Positions 27,538 to 37,373 of a stretch of DNA of 64,000 nt are shown one piece after another. Source of the stretch: Candidatus Latescibacterota bacterium (GTDB lineage Bacteria > Latescibacterota > UBA2968 > GCA-2709665). The DNA lies in assembly GCA_965248435.1 (NCBI GenBank), contig OZ252100.1, positions 1,024,001-1,088,000 of the forward strand, written 5' to 3'. The position numbers were made by a program, and so were the translations under genes. The notes beneath the pieces are model-generated. The model did no database searches. It was not told the origin of the DNA and saw only the letters and a list, made by a program, of their open reading frames with translations. How positions within the stretch are numbered: position 1 is the first letter of the stretch; each line of letters opens with the position of its first letter.

Positions 27538-28266
27538 CTACCCGTTCCTGAGTCCTTTTCCTTCCGCGCTCTTTACGAGCCAGTCGAAGATCCGATCCCA
27601 TTCGCTCCCCTGCATTCTCTCGGGATGGAATTGCACACCGAGAAACAATCCGTCTTCCGATTCCACACCCTCGATGACCCCGTCAGGACTCCGCGCATTG
27701 ACCCGCAACCCTCTTCCGGGGCGCTCCACCGCCTGAATGTGTCTGCTGTTGACTGGGTCTGAACTGCGTCCACTGCTAAAGATCTTCTCAAGACGGGAGC
27801 CCGCTTCCAGGGAGACCTCGTGCCAGACCTCACACCCCTTGTTACGCGAGGGCGAATGCGGCCCGATTTCGAGCTGGCGCTGAACGTCCCCATACAGGGT
27901 CCCTCCGAATTTGGCATTGACGAACTGCATGCCGTAGCAAATCCCCAGTACTGGAATCCGCCTTTGGTACGAGATCTCAAATGCCTTCCTGTCGGACTCT
28001 ACTCTTTTCGATTCGGCTGGGGGCAGGTCGGGGGGAAGTTCGCCGATCAATCCTTCAGTGATCCCTGGACCGCCCGGTATGATCAGACCGTCCAGAACAG
28101 ACAAACACGACGTCAGCGACTCAGGGTTCGCCGCCATCGGAAGAATCACCGGCGCCCCTCCAGAATGCTCCACCGCTTCCACGTATCTGGAGTCGATGAC
28201 CTGCCTCGAATCGTTGTTTGAACTCGATTCGAGACTGGTTGTGATCCCGATAATCGGTCGAGCCAT
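27538..28266 (-). CDS. Gamma-glutamyl-GABA hydrolase family (peptidase C26) glutamine amidotransferase
   Basis: RPIIGIT, PVLGICYGMQ, VNSRHIQAV, GVQFHPE. Confidence 0.92.
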   Translation of the reverse strand: MARPIIGITTSLESSSNNDSRQVIDSRYVEAVEHSGGAPVILPMAANPESLTSCLSVLDGLIIPGGPGITEGLIGELPPDLPPAESKRVESDRKAFEISYQRRIPVLGICYGMQFVNAKFGGTLYGDVQRQLEIGPHSPSRNKGCEVWHEVSLEAGSRLEKIFSSGRSSDPVNSRHIQAVERPGRGLRVNARSPDGVIEGVESEDGLFLGVQFHPERMQGSEWDRIFDWLVKSAEGKGLRNG

Positions 28267-28290
28267 AGGATGCGATCTTCAATGAGGTTG

Positions 28291-29280
28291 TTATCTAGCC
28301 AGGGGACTTTTTGCCTTCAGATGCTCCAGCGCCTCGGGGTTGAGAACGTATGCGGGTTCACGCCCCTCCAGCGCGTCGGTGACCTGACCCATCGTCCGCA
28401 TGTCCAACCGAATGGCCGACTCCCTCGTGCACCCCGCATTGTGGTTTGTGCAGATAATTCGCGGATGGTCCTTGTGAACCTCGCGTGGGCCGTTTACAGG
28501 ATCGTCGACCACATAGTAAAAGAGCCGATCCTCCCTGATGGCCCTGTTCGCAGCCTCGTCATCCACCAGGTTGCCTCTCGATGGATTGATTAACGAAGCG
28601 TGAGGTTTCATGCAACAAAGGTGATCATACGTGACAACCGTTTCATCCCCGGCCACGTGTAGAGAGACCGTATCGCACGTTTCGAAGAGGTGCTCAGGAT
28701 TGTCAACCGCTTCCGCCCCGAATTCTCGCGCCAATTCCTGGATGTCGGGCCGGATGTCATAGACGAGCAGTCTACCCTCTTCGCCGAGGAGCGGTTTTGC
28801 CCGTTGGGCCACGGCCTGTCCGATTCTTCCGAACCCATACAGGCCAAGTGTAGACCCCTTTGCCTCGAACGTTCGAATGATCGAAAAGTCGCCTTCGTGT
28901 GAGAGCCGGTTGAGCGTGAAGAGTCTCTTAAGCGTAGCCATCCACTGAGCGATCGTGTATTCCGCAACCGTGTCTAGATGTTCCGGGGCCACTGTGACGA
29001 TCACTCCGTGCTGAGTTGCAAGATCCAGATTCACTTTCTCGTATCCTACGCCCCACCTCGCAACGATCCTCAGGTCTTTGGCCGCATCGTAAAAGCTTTC
29101 GTGAATCCAGGCGGAGTTCGCAATCACCCCGATTACGCCCTCCGCGTCCTCGCCTGAAAGTTCTCTGTTGTAATGCACCAGCTCACCGAACTCAGACAGT
29201 TCATCGAGTCCCCTTCTGCGAGCATTAGAATCGAACTCGGAATTTTGAAAGATGGGGCTCAACAAAATTTTGTGCGACAT
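28291..29280 (-). CDS. D-isomer-specific 2-hydroxyacid dehydrogenase family
   Basis: ARWGVGYEKV, GLYGFGRIG, LINPSRG, NHNAG. Confidence 0.9.
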   Translation of the reverse strand: MSHKILLSPIFQNSEFDSNARRRGLDELSEFGELVHYNRELSGEDAEGVIGVIANSAWIHESFYDAAKDLRIVARWGVGYEKVNLDLATQHGVIVTVAPEHLDTVAEYTIAQWMATLKRLFTLNRLSHEGDFSIIRTFEAKGSTLGLYGFGRIGQAVAQRAKPLLGEEGRLLVYDIRPDIQELAREFGAEAVDNPEHLFETCDTVSLHVAGDETVVTYDHLCCMKPHASLINPSRGNLVDDEAANRAIREDRLFYYVVDDPVNGPREVHKDHPRIICTNHNAGCTRESAIRLDMRTMGQVTDALEGREPAYVLNPEALEHLKAKSPLAR

Positions 29281-29297
29281 CGTTCCCCCTAAATGCC

Positions 29298-30023
29298 TTA
29301 GTGATCTTCCCAGTCCATGGTCTCGAGATGGCTTCGCAGGTCTCCTGCCGTCCTAAACTTGCTGGCGATGAGGGACCTTTCCAGCCCGCAGCAGATCTGC
29401 TTGACCTGAGGAGGATGTTTCGAGTAGAGCCGAGCGCCGCCTAAAGCGTCATAGAAGATCCGAATGAGATCAAAGACATCCTCACGAATGCTCTTTGCGT
29501 CCGCGGTGCCCCAGTTGAACATGTCTACCAGTTGACATCGAACGAGATACCGCGTCTCCGGATAATCACGTTTTCGTTGTGCGGGTCCCCGTGGTATTCG
29601 CGAGCGTGGTGAATAGGCTCCACTCCCTTTGCCAGGGCATAAAGAAGGTGAAGGCCCTCGAAGGGCATGAGGCGTTTCCCTGGCTGGCGCGACAGGAAGC
29701 TGGAAAGGAGCTCGCCCTCGACGTACTCCGACACCAGAAAGGTGACCGGGTCCTGTGATAAACGATCCGGTCCTGAGTATGATATTGAATCAGGATCGGG
29801 CAGTGACGAAGCTTGTGGAGCTTTCGAGCATAAAACTTCGTCGCCCGGTTGCCGGGATTCCGGTGAGGTAAAAGAACTTTGCGGCTCGCTCGACACCCGT
29901 GCTCATCTCCCGAACCCGATAGACCTCGCCTTCCCATCCGCTCCCCAGGAGAGAAAGCACCTCATACTTGTCCGCGAATACCTCGCCCGGTTCAAAATCG
30001 AAGCCTTCGATCCTATGATTCAT
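29298..30023 (-). pseudogene. Ser/Thr protein kinase-like gene split by three frameshifts
   Basis: LGSGWEGEVY..AAK, then FYARKLHKLRHC, then SEYVEGE..YHGDPHNENV, then LVDMF, in four successive frame segments. Confidence 0.85.
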
Positions 30024-30070
30024 CTTCTCCGTGCCCGAGAAGCTTCACGAAATGCCGTCAACTGCGCCCC

Positions 30071-30595
30071 TCAGACCTGTTTGACATCCTCTTGGAACAC
30101 GCCGACTTCATCCAGCAGGCGACTGTTTTTCGCGATAAACATGGGCGTTTTGATGAGCGCCACCAGGTTGATGCCCAGACCCGCAATGGAAGCGATCTCG
30201 TGCGAGATCGAAAGCACCGACCGGCCTGCATCGGCTTGTGCAACAATCAGATCTGCATGCGCTCCTCCGCCAAGAATCGCGGCGAGCATCGCAGCTAGAA
30301 TCCCAAAAGTAAGCCACGTGAAGAAGGCACTCTTGAACCCTCGAGCACGAACCAGGAATTCTGGATCAAGATCCCGCTCCCGAACCTCGGATTTAATTAC
30401 CGCGCCCGTCCCCAGGAAATAGAACATCGTCGTCGTGTGCGTCAAGATCGTCAAGATCGCGGTGGCCAGCCCCAATCGCACGTGAGTTCCCACATCGAAA
30501 ACAGCCAATCCGAATCGGAGGGAATACCCCATTCCGAATGTAGCCAGCAGCAGCACGAGCGACACGGTGCCCATCGCCAAAATTGCGGCCTGCAT
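30071..30595 (-). CDS. Four-TM hypothetical membrane protein
   Basis: Four hydrophobic helices with His residues; H...MFYFLGTG..IK motif. Confidence 0.75.
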   Translation of the reverse strand: MQAAILAMGTVSLVLLLATFGMGYSLRFGLAVFDVGTHVRLGLATAILTILTHTTTMFYFLGTGAVIKSEVRERDLDPEFLVRARGFKSAFFTWLTFGILAAMLAAILGGGAHADLIVAQADAGRSVLSISHEIASIAGLGINLVALIKTPMFIAKNSRLLDEVGVFQEDVKQV

Positions 30596-30961
30596 CGTCG
30601 TCGCTCTTACCCCACCCGAATCCTTGTCTGCAGTCGGCTTGTCTTCCACGAGAACCCACTCTATAATTAACTCTTGATCTGCCAGGATCATCCCAAATCC
30701 GGATGAATATAATCGATCGCGACACCCGGGCAAGCGGCTATCTCGTTCGTGGCACGCCACTTCACGTGACGATGCGATTCTGATCCGCAAAAGACCTGCA
30801 AAACGAGCATCCACGAATCCTTCCAAGAATCATAAGCACAGCTTATGATTCAGGATTCGTCGGGAATTATCGACTTGCTCGATTGGGCTTAATATCTTAT
30901 GTTTATTGCTGATACAGAGAGTTTAGTTCCGTTGAGTTTCGCATTGATATGGAGCAAGTCT

Positions 30962-31429
30962 ATGGGGTTAGAACAAGACCTGCAAGCCGAGACCGTCGGC
31001 CACTTGGATCTCTCCCCACACCTTTTCGTTGAGGGCGAGGCACAGGTTAAAGACGTCTTGGCGCGGATGCGAGAAGACAAGCGGAACTGCGTGATGGTCA
31101 TGAAACAAGACCGACTGATCGGGATCTTTACTGAACGCGATGTACTCACAAAGGTAGTCGATCAACCAGAGGTTTGGAACCGGCCAATTCATGAAGTCAT
31201 GACGCCCGCGCCGCAGACTGTCGGGAAGGATGACGAGGTACATCGGGCAACCAACATGATGAACGAAGGCCACTTCCGGAACATACCGGTCGTGGACAGC
31301 GAAGAGAATGTCGTGGGAAACCTGACCCACTACGCAATCATCAAGTTTCTGTGTGATCGATTTCCACAGGAGATCTACAACCTGCCGCCCGAACCGGATC
31401 AAACTGCTACGGCGCGCGACGGGGCTTAG
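30962..31429 (+). CDS. CBS domain pair protein
   Basis: LIGIFTERDVL, VMTPAP, GHFRNIPVVD. Confidence 0.9.
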   Translation: MGLEQDLQAETVGHLDLSPHLFVEGEAQVKDVLARMREDKRNCVMVMKQDRLIGIFTERDVLTKVVDQPEVWNRPIHEVMTPAPQTVGKDDEVHRATNMMNEGHFRNIPVVDSEENVVGNLTHYAIIKFLCDRFPQEIYNLPPEPDQTATARDGA

Positions 31430-31468
31430 TTATCCGCTTAGTATTCTAATGCCAGGAGGTTTAGACGA

Positions 31469-33334
31469 ATGGCCGACCCAACGGCCCGATCGGCGAATCA
31501 CCTGAAGGAGTTGCTTGAGGTCGAATCCATCACCGTCCGATTTGCTGGAGACTCCGGTGACGGGAGTCAGTTGATCGGGGGTGAGTTTGCGAACACCTCC
31601 GCTGTAGTCGGCAACGACATCAGCACGCTTCCTGACTTCCCCGCCGAGATTCGTGCCCCTGCCGGCACCCTTCCCGGAGTGAGCGGGTTTCAGGTGCGGA
31701 TCGCCAGTGAAGATATCCACACACCCGGCGATGAACCTCAGGTATTGGTAGCGATGAATCCGGCGGCGCTCCGAGTCAACATAAATGATATCCCTCACGG
31801 GGGCATCGTGATTGTCAACAAGGAGAATTTCAACAAGAACAACCTGCGCAAGGCTGGATACAAAACCAATCCTCTCGAGGACGATTCCCTCAAAAGCTAT
31901 CGGGTCTGCGAAGTTCCGCTCACGAGTTTGCACAAGAACGCACTCGAAGGAATCGAAGGGTTGTCGAACCGTCAGATCGATATGATGAAGAACATGTTTG
32001 CCCTGGGCCTCGCCTACTGGATTTTCGACAGGCCGCTGGAGCCCACGATTCGCATGTTGGAAAGAAAGTTTGCGAATCGACCAGTGGTCATCGAAGGCAA
32101 CCTCCGAACCTTGAAGGCGGGTTATCACTACGGCGAAACGACCGAGGAGTTCCAGTTCCGCTACCGCATCCCGAAGGCCCCGGTCCTGCCTGGCACCTAT
32201 CGCGCGATTACGGGCGCACAGGCGACAGCCCTGGGAATGGTCACCGTGGCCAAGAAGGCCGGAAAGACGCTCTTTTACGGAAGCTATCCAATCACACCCG
32301 CAAGCGCGATCCTGGAGGAACTTGCTGGTCTGAAGAACTTCGGGGTCCGGACCTTTCAGGCTGAGGATGAGATCGCTGCCATCGGGTCGGTCATTGGAGC
32401 GGCCTTCGGCGGAGCCCTTGCGGCAAGCGGCACGAGCGGGCCCGGCATCGCGCTCAAGAGCGAGGCGATCAACCTCGCCGTGGTCCTGGAACTCCCCCTC
32501 GTGATCGCCAACTTCCAGCGGGGGGGTCCAAGCACCGGTCTACCGACGAAAACGGAGCAGTCCGACCTGCTCCAGGTCCTCTTCGGCCGGAACGGCGAGA
32601 GTCCGATCCCTGTCGTGGCGGCCGCGACGCCCGCGGACTGTTTCAAGATGATCATCGAGGCCTTTCGAATCGCGGTAGAGAGCATGACCCCCGTGATTTT
32701 CATGTCCGACGGCTATCTCGTCAGCAGCTCTGAGCCCTGGAAGATACCCGACCCGGCGGAGATCAAGCCGATCGAGGTCCATCACCGCACCGATCCTGAG
32801 GGGTTTGAGCCATACCTTCGGAATCCCGAAACGTTGAGTCGCCCGTGGGTCATGCCGGGAACGCCCGGAATGGAACATCGGATCGGGGGCCTGGGCAAAC
32901 AGGACGTCACCGGAGACGTTTCTTACGATCCGGACGATCACGAACACATCGTCAAGATCAGGGCGGAGAAAGTAGCTCGTATCGCCGAAAGGATTCCTCT
33001 TCAGGAAGTGCTTGGACCGGATCACGGGGAGCTTCTGGTCGTCGGATGGGGCAGCACCTTTGGGGCGATCCGGTCTGCCGTGCGAAAGGCCCAGGCCGAC
33101 GGTAAATCTGTCGCGAGCGCTCACCTTAGGTACCTGAATCCGTTTCCGAAGAATCTGGAGGATGTCCTCTCCAGTTACGAGAAGATCCTGGTTCCCGAAA
33201 TGAATCTGGGCCAGCTTTCCCTGCTCCTCAATGCCCGTTTTCCGATCCGGGTCAGCCCTTATTCCAAGGTGAGGGGCCAGCCATTCAAAATATCTGAAAT
33301 TACAAACAAGATCGACGAACTCCTGAAAAGCTGA
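31469..33334 (+). CDS. korA: 2-oxoacid:ferredoxin oxidoreductase alpha subunit
   Basis: FAGDSGDG, YPITPAS, QAEDEIA, QRGGPSTGLPTKTEQ. Confidence 0.95.
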   Translation: MADPTARSANHLKELLEVESITVRFAGDSGDGSQLIGGEFANTSAVVGNDISTLPDFPAEIRAPAGTLPGVSGFQVRIASEDIHTPGDEPQVLVAMNPAALRVNINDIPHGGIVIVNKENFNKNNLRKAGYKTNPLEDDSLKSYRVCEVPLTSLHKNALEGIEGLSNRQIDMMKNMFALGLAYWIFDRPLEPTIRMLERKFANRPVVIEGNLRTLKAGYHYGETTEEFQFRYRIPKAPVLPGTYRAITGAQATALGMVTVAKKAGKTLFYGSYPITPASAILEELAGLKNFGVRTFQAEDEIAAIGSVIGAAFGGALAASGTSGPGIALKSEAINLAVVLELPLVIANFQRGGPSTGLPTKTEQSDLLQVLFGRNGESPIPVVAAATPADCFKMIIEAFRIAVESMTPVIFMSDGYLVSSSEPWKIPDPAEIKPIEVHHRTDPEGFEPYLRNPETLSRPWVMPGTPGMEHRIGGLGKQDVTGDVSYDPDDHEHIVKIRAEKVARIAERIPLQEVLGPDHGELLVVGWGSTFGAIRSAVRKAQADGKSVASAHLRYLNPFPKNLEDVLSSYEKILVPEMNLGQLSLLLNARFPIRVSPYSKVRGQPFKISEITNKIDELLKS

Positions 33335-33372
33335 AGGGGTCGAATCAAACGTCACAGGTCGAGGATCAAGCT

Positions 33373-34407
33373 ATGGCAGAAGCGTTGGCACTCGAAACGC
33401 CATTAACCAGAAAAGATTTTGTATCGGACCAGGAAGTCCGTTGGTGCCCGGGATGCGGCGATTACGCGATCCTGGCCCAGATGCAGCGAGTTTTGCCCGA
33501 ACTCGGAATTCCGAAAGAGAAGATCGTCTTCATCTCCGGGATCGGGTGCTCCAGTCGCTTCCCTTACTACATGGACACTTATGGGATTCACTCCATCCAC
33601 GGCCGCGCGCCGACATTCGCCACCGGTTTGAAAGTCGTCAATCCCGACCTGAGCGTCTGGGTGGTCACGGGGGATGGGGACGGCCTCTCGATCGGAGGCA
33701 ACCACTTACTTCACTGCTTGCGCAGGAATGTAGACATAAACATCCTGCTATTCAATAACCGCGTCTATGGACTCACGAAGGGCCAGTATTCGCCGACTTC
33801 CCTTCCGGGCCACCGCACCAAATCCTCACCCATGGGATCTGTCGAACAGTCGTTCAACCCGACTTCCGTGGCCATAGGCGCGGAGGCGACCTTCGTGGCT
33901 CGCACGGTGGACAGGAACACGAAGCATCTCGCCGAGGTGATTCATCGAGCGGCGGAACACAAAGGCACCTCCTTCGTCGAAATCTACCAGAATTGCAACA
34001 TCTACAATGACGGGGCCTGGTTCCACGTGACCGAGGCGGACGTAAAGGATGACAACACGCTGATCCTCGAACACGGAAAACCAATGATCTTTGGGAAGGA
34101 CAGTGACAAAGGCATTAGACTGAACAATCTGAACCCCGAAGTTGTGAGCCTGGACAGCGGCATTTCTGAAGAAGACCTCCTTGTTCACGACGAAACCGGA
34201 TCACAGCCCGCCCTTGCCTATCTGCTCAGCCGAATGGATCATCCGGAATTCCCCATTCCTCTGGGTGTGATCAGGTGCTTGGAAAAGCCGACTTACGAAA
34301 AACAGCTGATCGTTCAGGAGCAAACTGCCAAAGCTGATAAAGGCGATGGTGACCTGGCTGAGCTCTATCAGGCTGCCGATACCTGGACGATCGCGGGCGA
34401 GTCATAA
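33373..34407 (+). CDS. korB: 2-oxoacid:ferredoxin oxidoreductase beta subunit
   Basis: WCPGCGD, SGIGCSSR, GDGD..NN TPP motif, YGLTKGQYSPT. Confidence 0.95.
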   Translation: MAEALALETPLTRKDFVSDQEVRWCPGCGDYAILAQMQRVLPELGIPKEKIVFISGIGCSSRFPYYMDTYGIHSIHGRAPTFATGLKVVNPDLSVWVVTGDGDGLSIGGNHLLHCLRRNVDINILLFNNRVYGLTKGQYSPTSLPGHRTKSSPMGSVEQSFNPTSVAIGAEATFVARTVDRNTKHLAEVIHRAAEHKGTSFVEIYQNCNIYNDGAWFHVTEADVKDDNTLILEHGKPMIFGKDSDKGIRLNNLNPEVVSLDSGISEEDLLVHDETGSQPALAYLLSRMDHPEFPIPLGVIRCLEKPTYEKQLIVQEQTAKADKGDGDLAELYQAADTWTIAGES

Positions 34408-34419
34408 GAGGGCTATGTC

Positions 34420-34944
34420 ATGGAGTGCCCAGCCTGCGGCCACGAAAACATCCCCGGTACGGACATTTGTGACGGATGTGGTGTCAGTTTGACTCAGGAG
34501 GATTTACCGGCCGCATCCACCGATGCACATCACATGACAGATCCGATTTCTGTGCTCGATCCATTACTCCCTGAATGTCTATCCGCTGATGACTCGATTG
34601 AAGAGGCCATCTCCCGCATGCGTGAGAAAAGTGTCGGTTGTGTCCTCGTCACAGACGAGGAAGGCAAACTCATCGGCGTTTTTACCGAACGCGACCTACT
34701 CTACAGGGTGGCCGGACAAATCCAGGACCTTTCGGGGACGTCTGTCGGAAGCGTGATGACCTCCGAGCCGACGGCCCTGAGGCGGTCCACCCCGATCGCC
34801 CACGCACTGCATCTGATGTCGATCCACGGATTCCGCCATATCCCTCTGGTGAACAGACAGGGCCATCCCACCGGGTTGACCTCGTTCAGGAGGGTCGTTG
34901 AATTCATCGGGGCCAACTTTTTCTCCACACCCACAGCGCCCTGA
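34420..34944 (+). CDS. Zinc-ribbon + CBS pair protein
   Basis: CPACG..CDGCG; GVFTERDLL; GFRHIPLV. Confidence 0.9.
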   Translation: MECPACGHENIPGTDICDGCGVSLTQEDLPAASTDAHHMTDPISVLDPLLPECLSADDSIEEAISRMREKSVGCVLVTDEEGKLIGVFTERDLLYRVAGQIQDLSGTSVGSVMTSEPTALRRSTPIAHALHLMSIHGFRHIPLVNRQGHPTGLTSFRRVVEFIGANFFSTPTAP

Positions 34945-34969
34945 AGACTCCACAACTTTCTCTTAATGT

Positions 34970-35011
34970 AACAAGGTCCATCGATTTTCTCATCGATGGA
35001 CCTTGTTTTTT
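34970..35011 (+). terminator. Intrinsic terminator of the kor operon
   Basis: 16-bp inverted repeat AACAAGGTCCATCGAT/ATCGATGGACCTTGTT followed by a T run. Confidence 0.85.
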
Positions 35012-35144
35012 GAGCGAAGGTTGGCAGATATTCTAATCGAGCGGGATGACTCAGGGTAGGTCTGCTCTCAAGTTTCGCACCACGGCTCCCGTTAAGACAC
35101 ATCCTTGAGTCGGAGCGACTGGCTGAGTTTGTTTCAGCGCTAAC

Positions 35145-35600
35145 TCACGGGCGCTTGAAGGTAATGGACGCCAGGAGGCGTGGATCGAAGCGACCCACCC
35201 CCTCCTCCCCCAATCGCTCAGCCTCCTCGAGCCCCTGCCGGATCGCCTCTTTCAGTGCGGCGACGTCGACGCCCAGAAACCAGTCCGAAAAGGGACTCAG
35301 CTTGAAGGCCGCGTTGTTCAGGTGCTTGACAATGCCGTGGTAGATCCCCCGTTCGCGCTGGTGATATGCGGCCGCAAGTTGGATCAGGCCCTGGAAGAAG
35401 ATCCGGCTTGGCTCCAGATGCCTTCGCCAGACGAACTCCCACGCCTCGTGGCTCTCCCAGTACCGACTGCGGTTGAAAAGCGCTACGCCACGCTTGAAAT
35501 CCTCCCAGTCCGCTTCGGACATCTCCGGCTCGACAGCATCCTCCGGCCTGACCTGGTAGGCAGGCTTGACACGCGCCGCTTTCCAATCCGCATTGCTCAC
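35145..35600 (-). CDS. DUF309 family protein
   Basis: GVALFN..YWESHEAWE.VW, QGLIQLAAAYH. Confidence 0.88.
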   Translation of the reverse strand: MSNADWKAARVKPAYQVRPEDAVEPEMSEADWEDFKRGVALFNRSRYWESHEAWEFVWRRHLEPSRIFFQGLIQLAAAYHQRERGIYHGIVKHLNNAAFKLSPFSDWFLGVDVAALKEAIRQGLEEAERLGEEGVGRFDPRLLASITFKRP

Positions 35601-36361
35601 GTCCGTGTTCCCTCAACTGTCTCCCCTCGGATGCAGTGGGCTCTGATGATCGTCTCGACGGCAATCAGGTGTGCCTGGACGCGCCGCTCCGTGGACTCAG
35701 CGGTCGGCGTCTCGGACGTAATCATGTGATCGGTTATCCTGCGCTGGAACAGTGCGATCGGAATCCCTTCACCCCTCCGACGCTTTTCAGCCTCGAGGTC
35801 AGGGAATATCACCCCGTCTTTCGCCTCTTCGTTCTCGATCTTTGTGCTTAGATTCAGTGGGCAAACGTCCGAAACCTTGCGCGTGACCTCCCGGCCGATT
35901 GGCGACCTCCCCCTCACCTGTTCATACAGGTAGTATCCCGGGCTCTCCCAGTCCTCGTGAAGATCGATCACTGCCTCGAACCTCCGTCCCTCGACAAATT
36001 TTCGGATAACGCCGATCTCCTCCACATCATCGCGCAGAAAGGCCCAGTTGATGTCGACACCTTTCCGATTCGGGCGTGTGTTGTGCACATACCCGTATGG
36101 ATTCAGACAGGGAATCACATGAAACTGAAAATAAGTCAGCCACTTCGTCTGATCCCGTTCCAGAAAAGCGAGCGCCGCTTCGACGCCCGCAGGTTCGTCT
36201 CCGTGCGTTCCCCCATTCACGAAGACCGTTGGAAGGGACGCACTCCGGGACTGCTCGATTCCAAGAACAGGATACCCCTCCACCTCCCCCAGGACAGTTA
36301 CCTCGTGGGACGCCTTTGGTAGACGCTTTACGCGATTCACGAAATCGCAATAATCCCGCAC
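35597..36361 (-). CDS. M14-type metallocarboxypeptidase / desuccinylase family
   Basis: GTHGDEPAG, NPYG..R.N..DIN, DLHE, TSETP. Confidence 0.9.
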   Translation of the reverse strand: MRDYCDFVNRVKRLPKASHEVTVLGEVEGYPVLGIEQSRSASLPTVFVNGGTHGDEPAGVEAALAFLERDQTKWLTYFQFHVIPCLNPYGYVHNTRPNRKGVDINWAFLRDDVEEIGVIRKFVEGRRFEAVIDLHEDWESPGYYLYEQVRGRSPIGREVTRKVSDVCPLNLSTKIENEEAKDGVIFPDLEAEKRRRGEGIPIALFQRRITDHMITSETPTAESTERRVQAHLIAVETIIRAHCIRGETVEGTRT

Positions 36362-36364
36362 TGC

Positions 36365-37357
36365 CTAGCCTTCTTCTTCCACGACCACAGTCTTGGAGAG
36401 CGCCTCGATCACCGCATCGTGAACATGTCCATTGCTTACGACCACGCCCCGGTTGCCTTCCATCCGAACACTTGATCCGAAATCAAGCGGTCTGCAGAAC
36501 ATATCTGTGACTTTCCCCCCCGCCGCCTCAACAACGAGCGATCCCGCCGCGTGGTCCCAAACCTTCTCACGATAATCCGGCTGTTTGGGAGAAGGCATGC
36601 GAAGATAGAGCACCGCCTCCCCACTGGCCACGGCTCCGTATTTCGCCTGGCTGTCCATTCGGAGCGACGGTTCTTGGAGACCGATCGCGCCGGCAATCTG
36701 TTGGTGAAGTTCGCTGTTGCCGTGAGAAGACTCCACGCTCTCGAGCATGCGCCAGCTGGGTCCCCCCCGTTCCTTTGCCACCTGAATGTGCACGCGGCCC
36801 CCGCCACGTATTGGAACCCTCTCCGCCGGCCTGTCGCGCTGCGCGACGAAGAGGACCCCGGGTTCAGCGTCAGGCCGATACGACAGTGCAGGACATCCCA
36901 ACACACCCAGTTTCACCTCTCCGTCCTCTACGAGAGCAAGGGCCACCGCGTACTGATCGTTCCTCAAGAACCCCTTCGTGCCGTCGATGGGGTCCAGGGT
37001 CCAGAATCGGTCTGCCATCTCACCGTTCCCCGCATCAATCCAGTCGCTCACGGCCTCCGCGTCGGCGTGGGGCTGGGACCGCTGGACGTAACCCACGATG
37101 CGATTCAGCATGCCCTCGTTCTCCGGGCTCCGCAGAGCCCCGGCGTCCTCTTCCGCAACCACTGGATCTCTACTGAAGGCCATCTGCAGTCGACGGCAGA
37201 TCAGGGCCTGAGACCCGAAATCGGCAAGGGTGACGGGGCTCCTGTCCTCCTTCTCCAGGGTAGACGGATCCAGTAGTTCCTTTCGCACGGCGGTGCAAAG
37301 GCCCACAGCCTCCATTACGGCCGCCACCGCCTCTTCTTCCTCGCGTTTATACTTCAC
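36365..37357 (-). CDS. 3'(2'),5'-bisphosphate nucleotidase, HAL2 family
   Basis: SPVTLADFGSQ, LDPIDGTKGFLR, DSQAKY, EKVWDHAAG. Confidence 0.93.
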   Translation of the reverse strand: MKYKREEEEAVAAVMEAVGLCTAVRKELLDPSTLEKEDRSPVTLADFGSQALICRRLQMAFSRDPVVAEEDAGALRSPENEGMLNRIVGYVQRSQPHADAEAVSDWIDAGNGEMADRFWTLDPIDGTKGFLRNDQYAVALALVEDGEVKLGVLGCPALSYRPDAEPGVLFVAQRDRPAERVPIRGGGRVHIQVAKERGGPSWRMLESVESSHGNSELHQQIAGAIGLQEPSLRMDSQAKYGAVASGEAVLYLRMPSPKQPDYREKVWDHAAGSLVVEAAGGKVTDMFCRPLDFGSSVRMEGNRGVVVSNGHVHDAVIEALSKTVVVEEEG

Positions 37358-37373
37358 GAATTATGTCTGCTCC

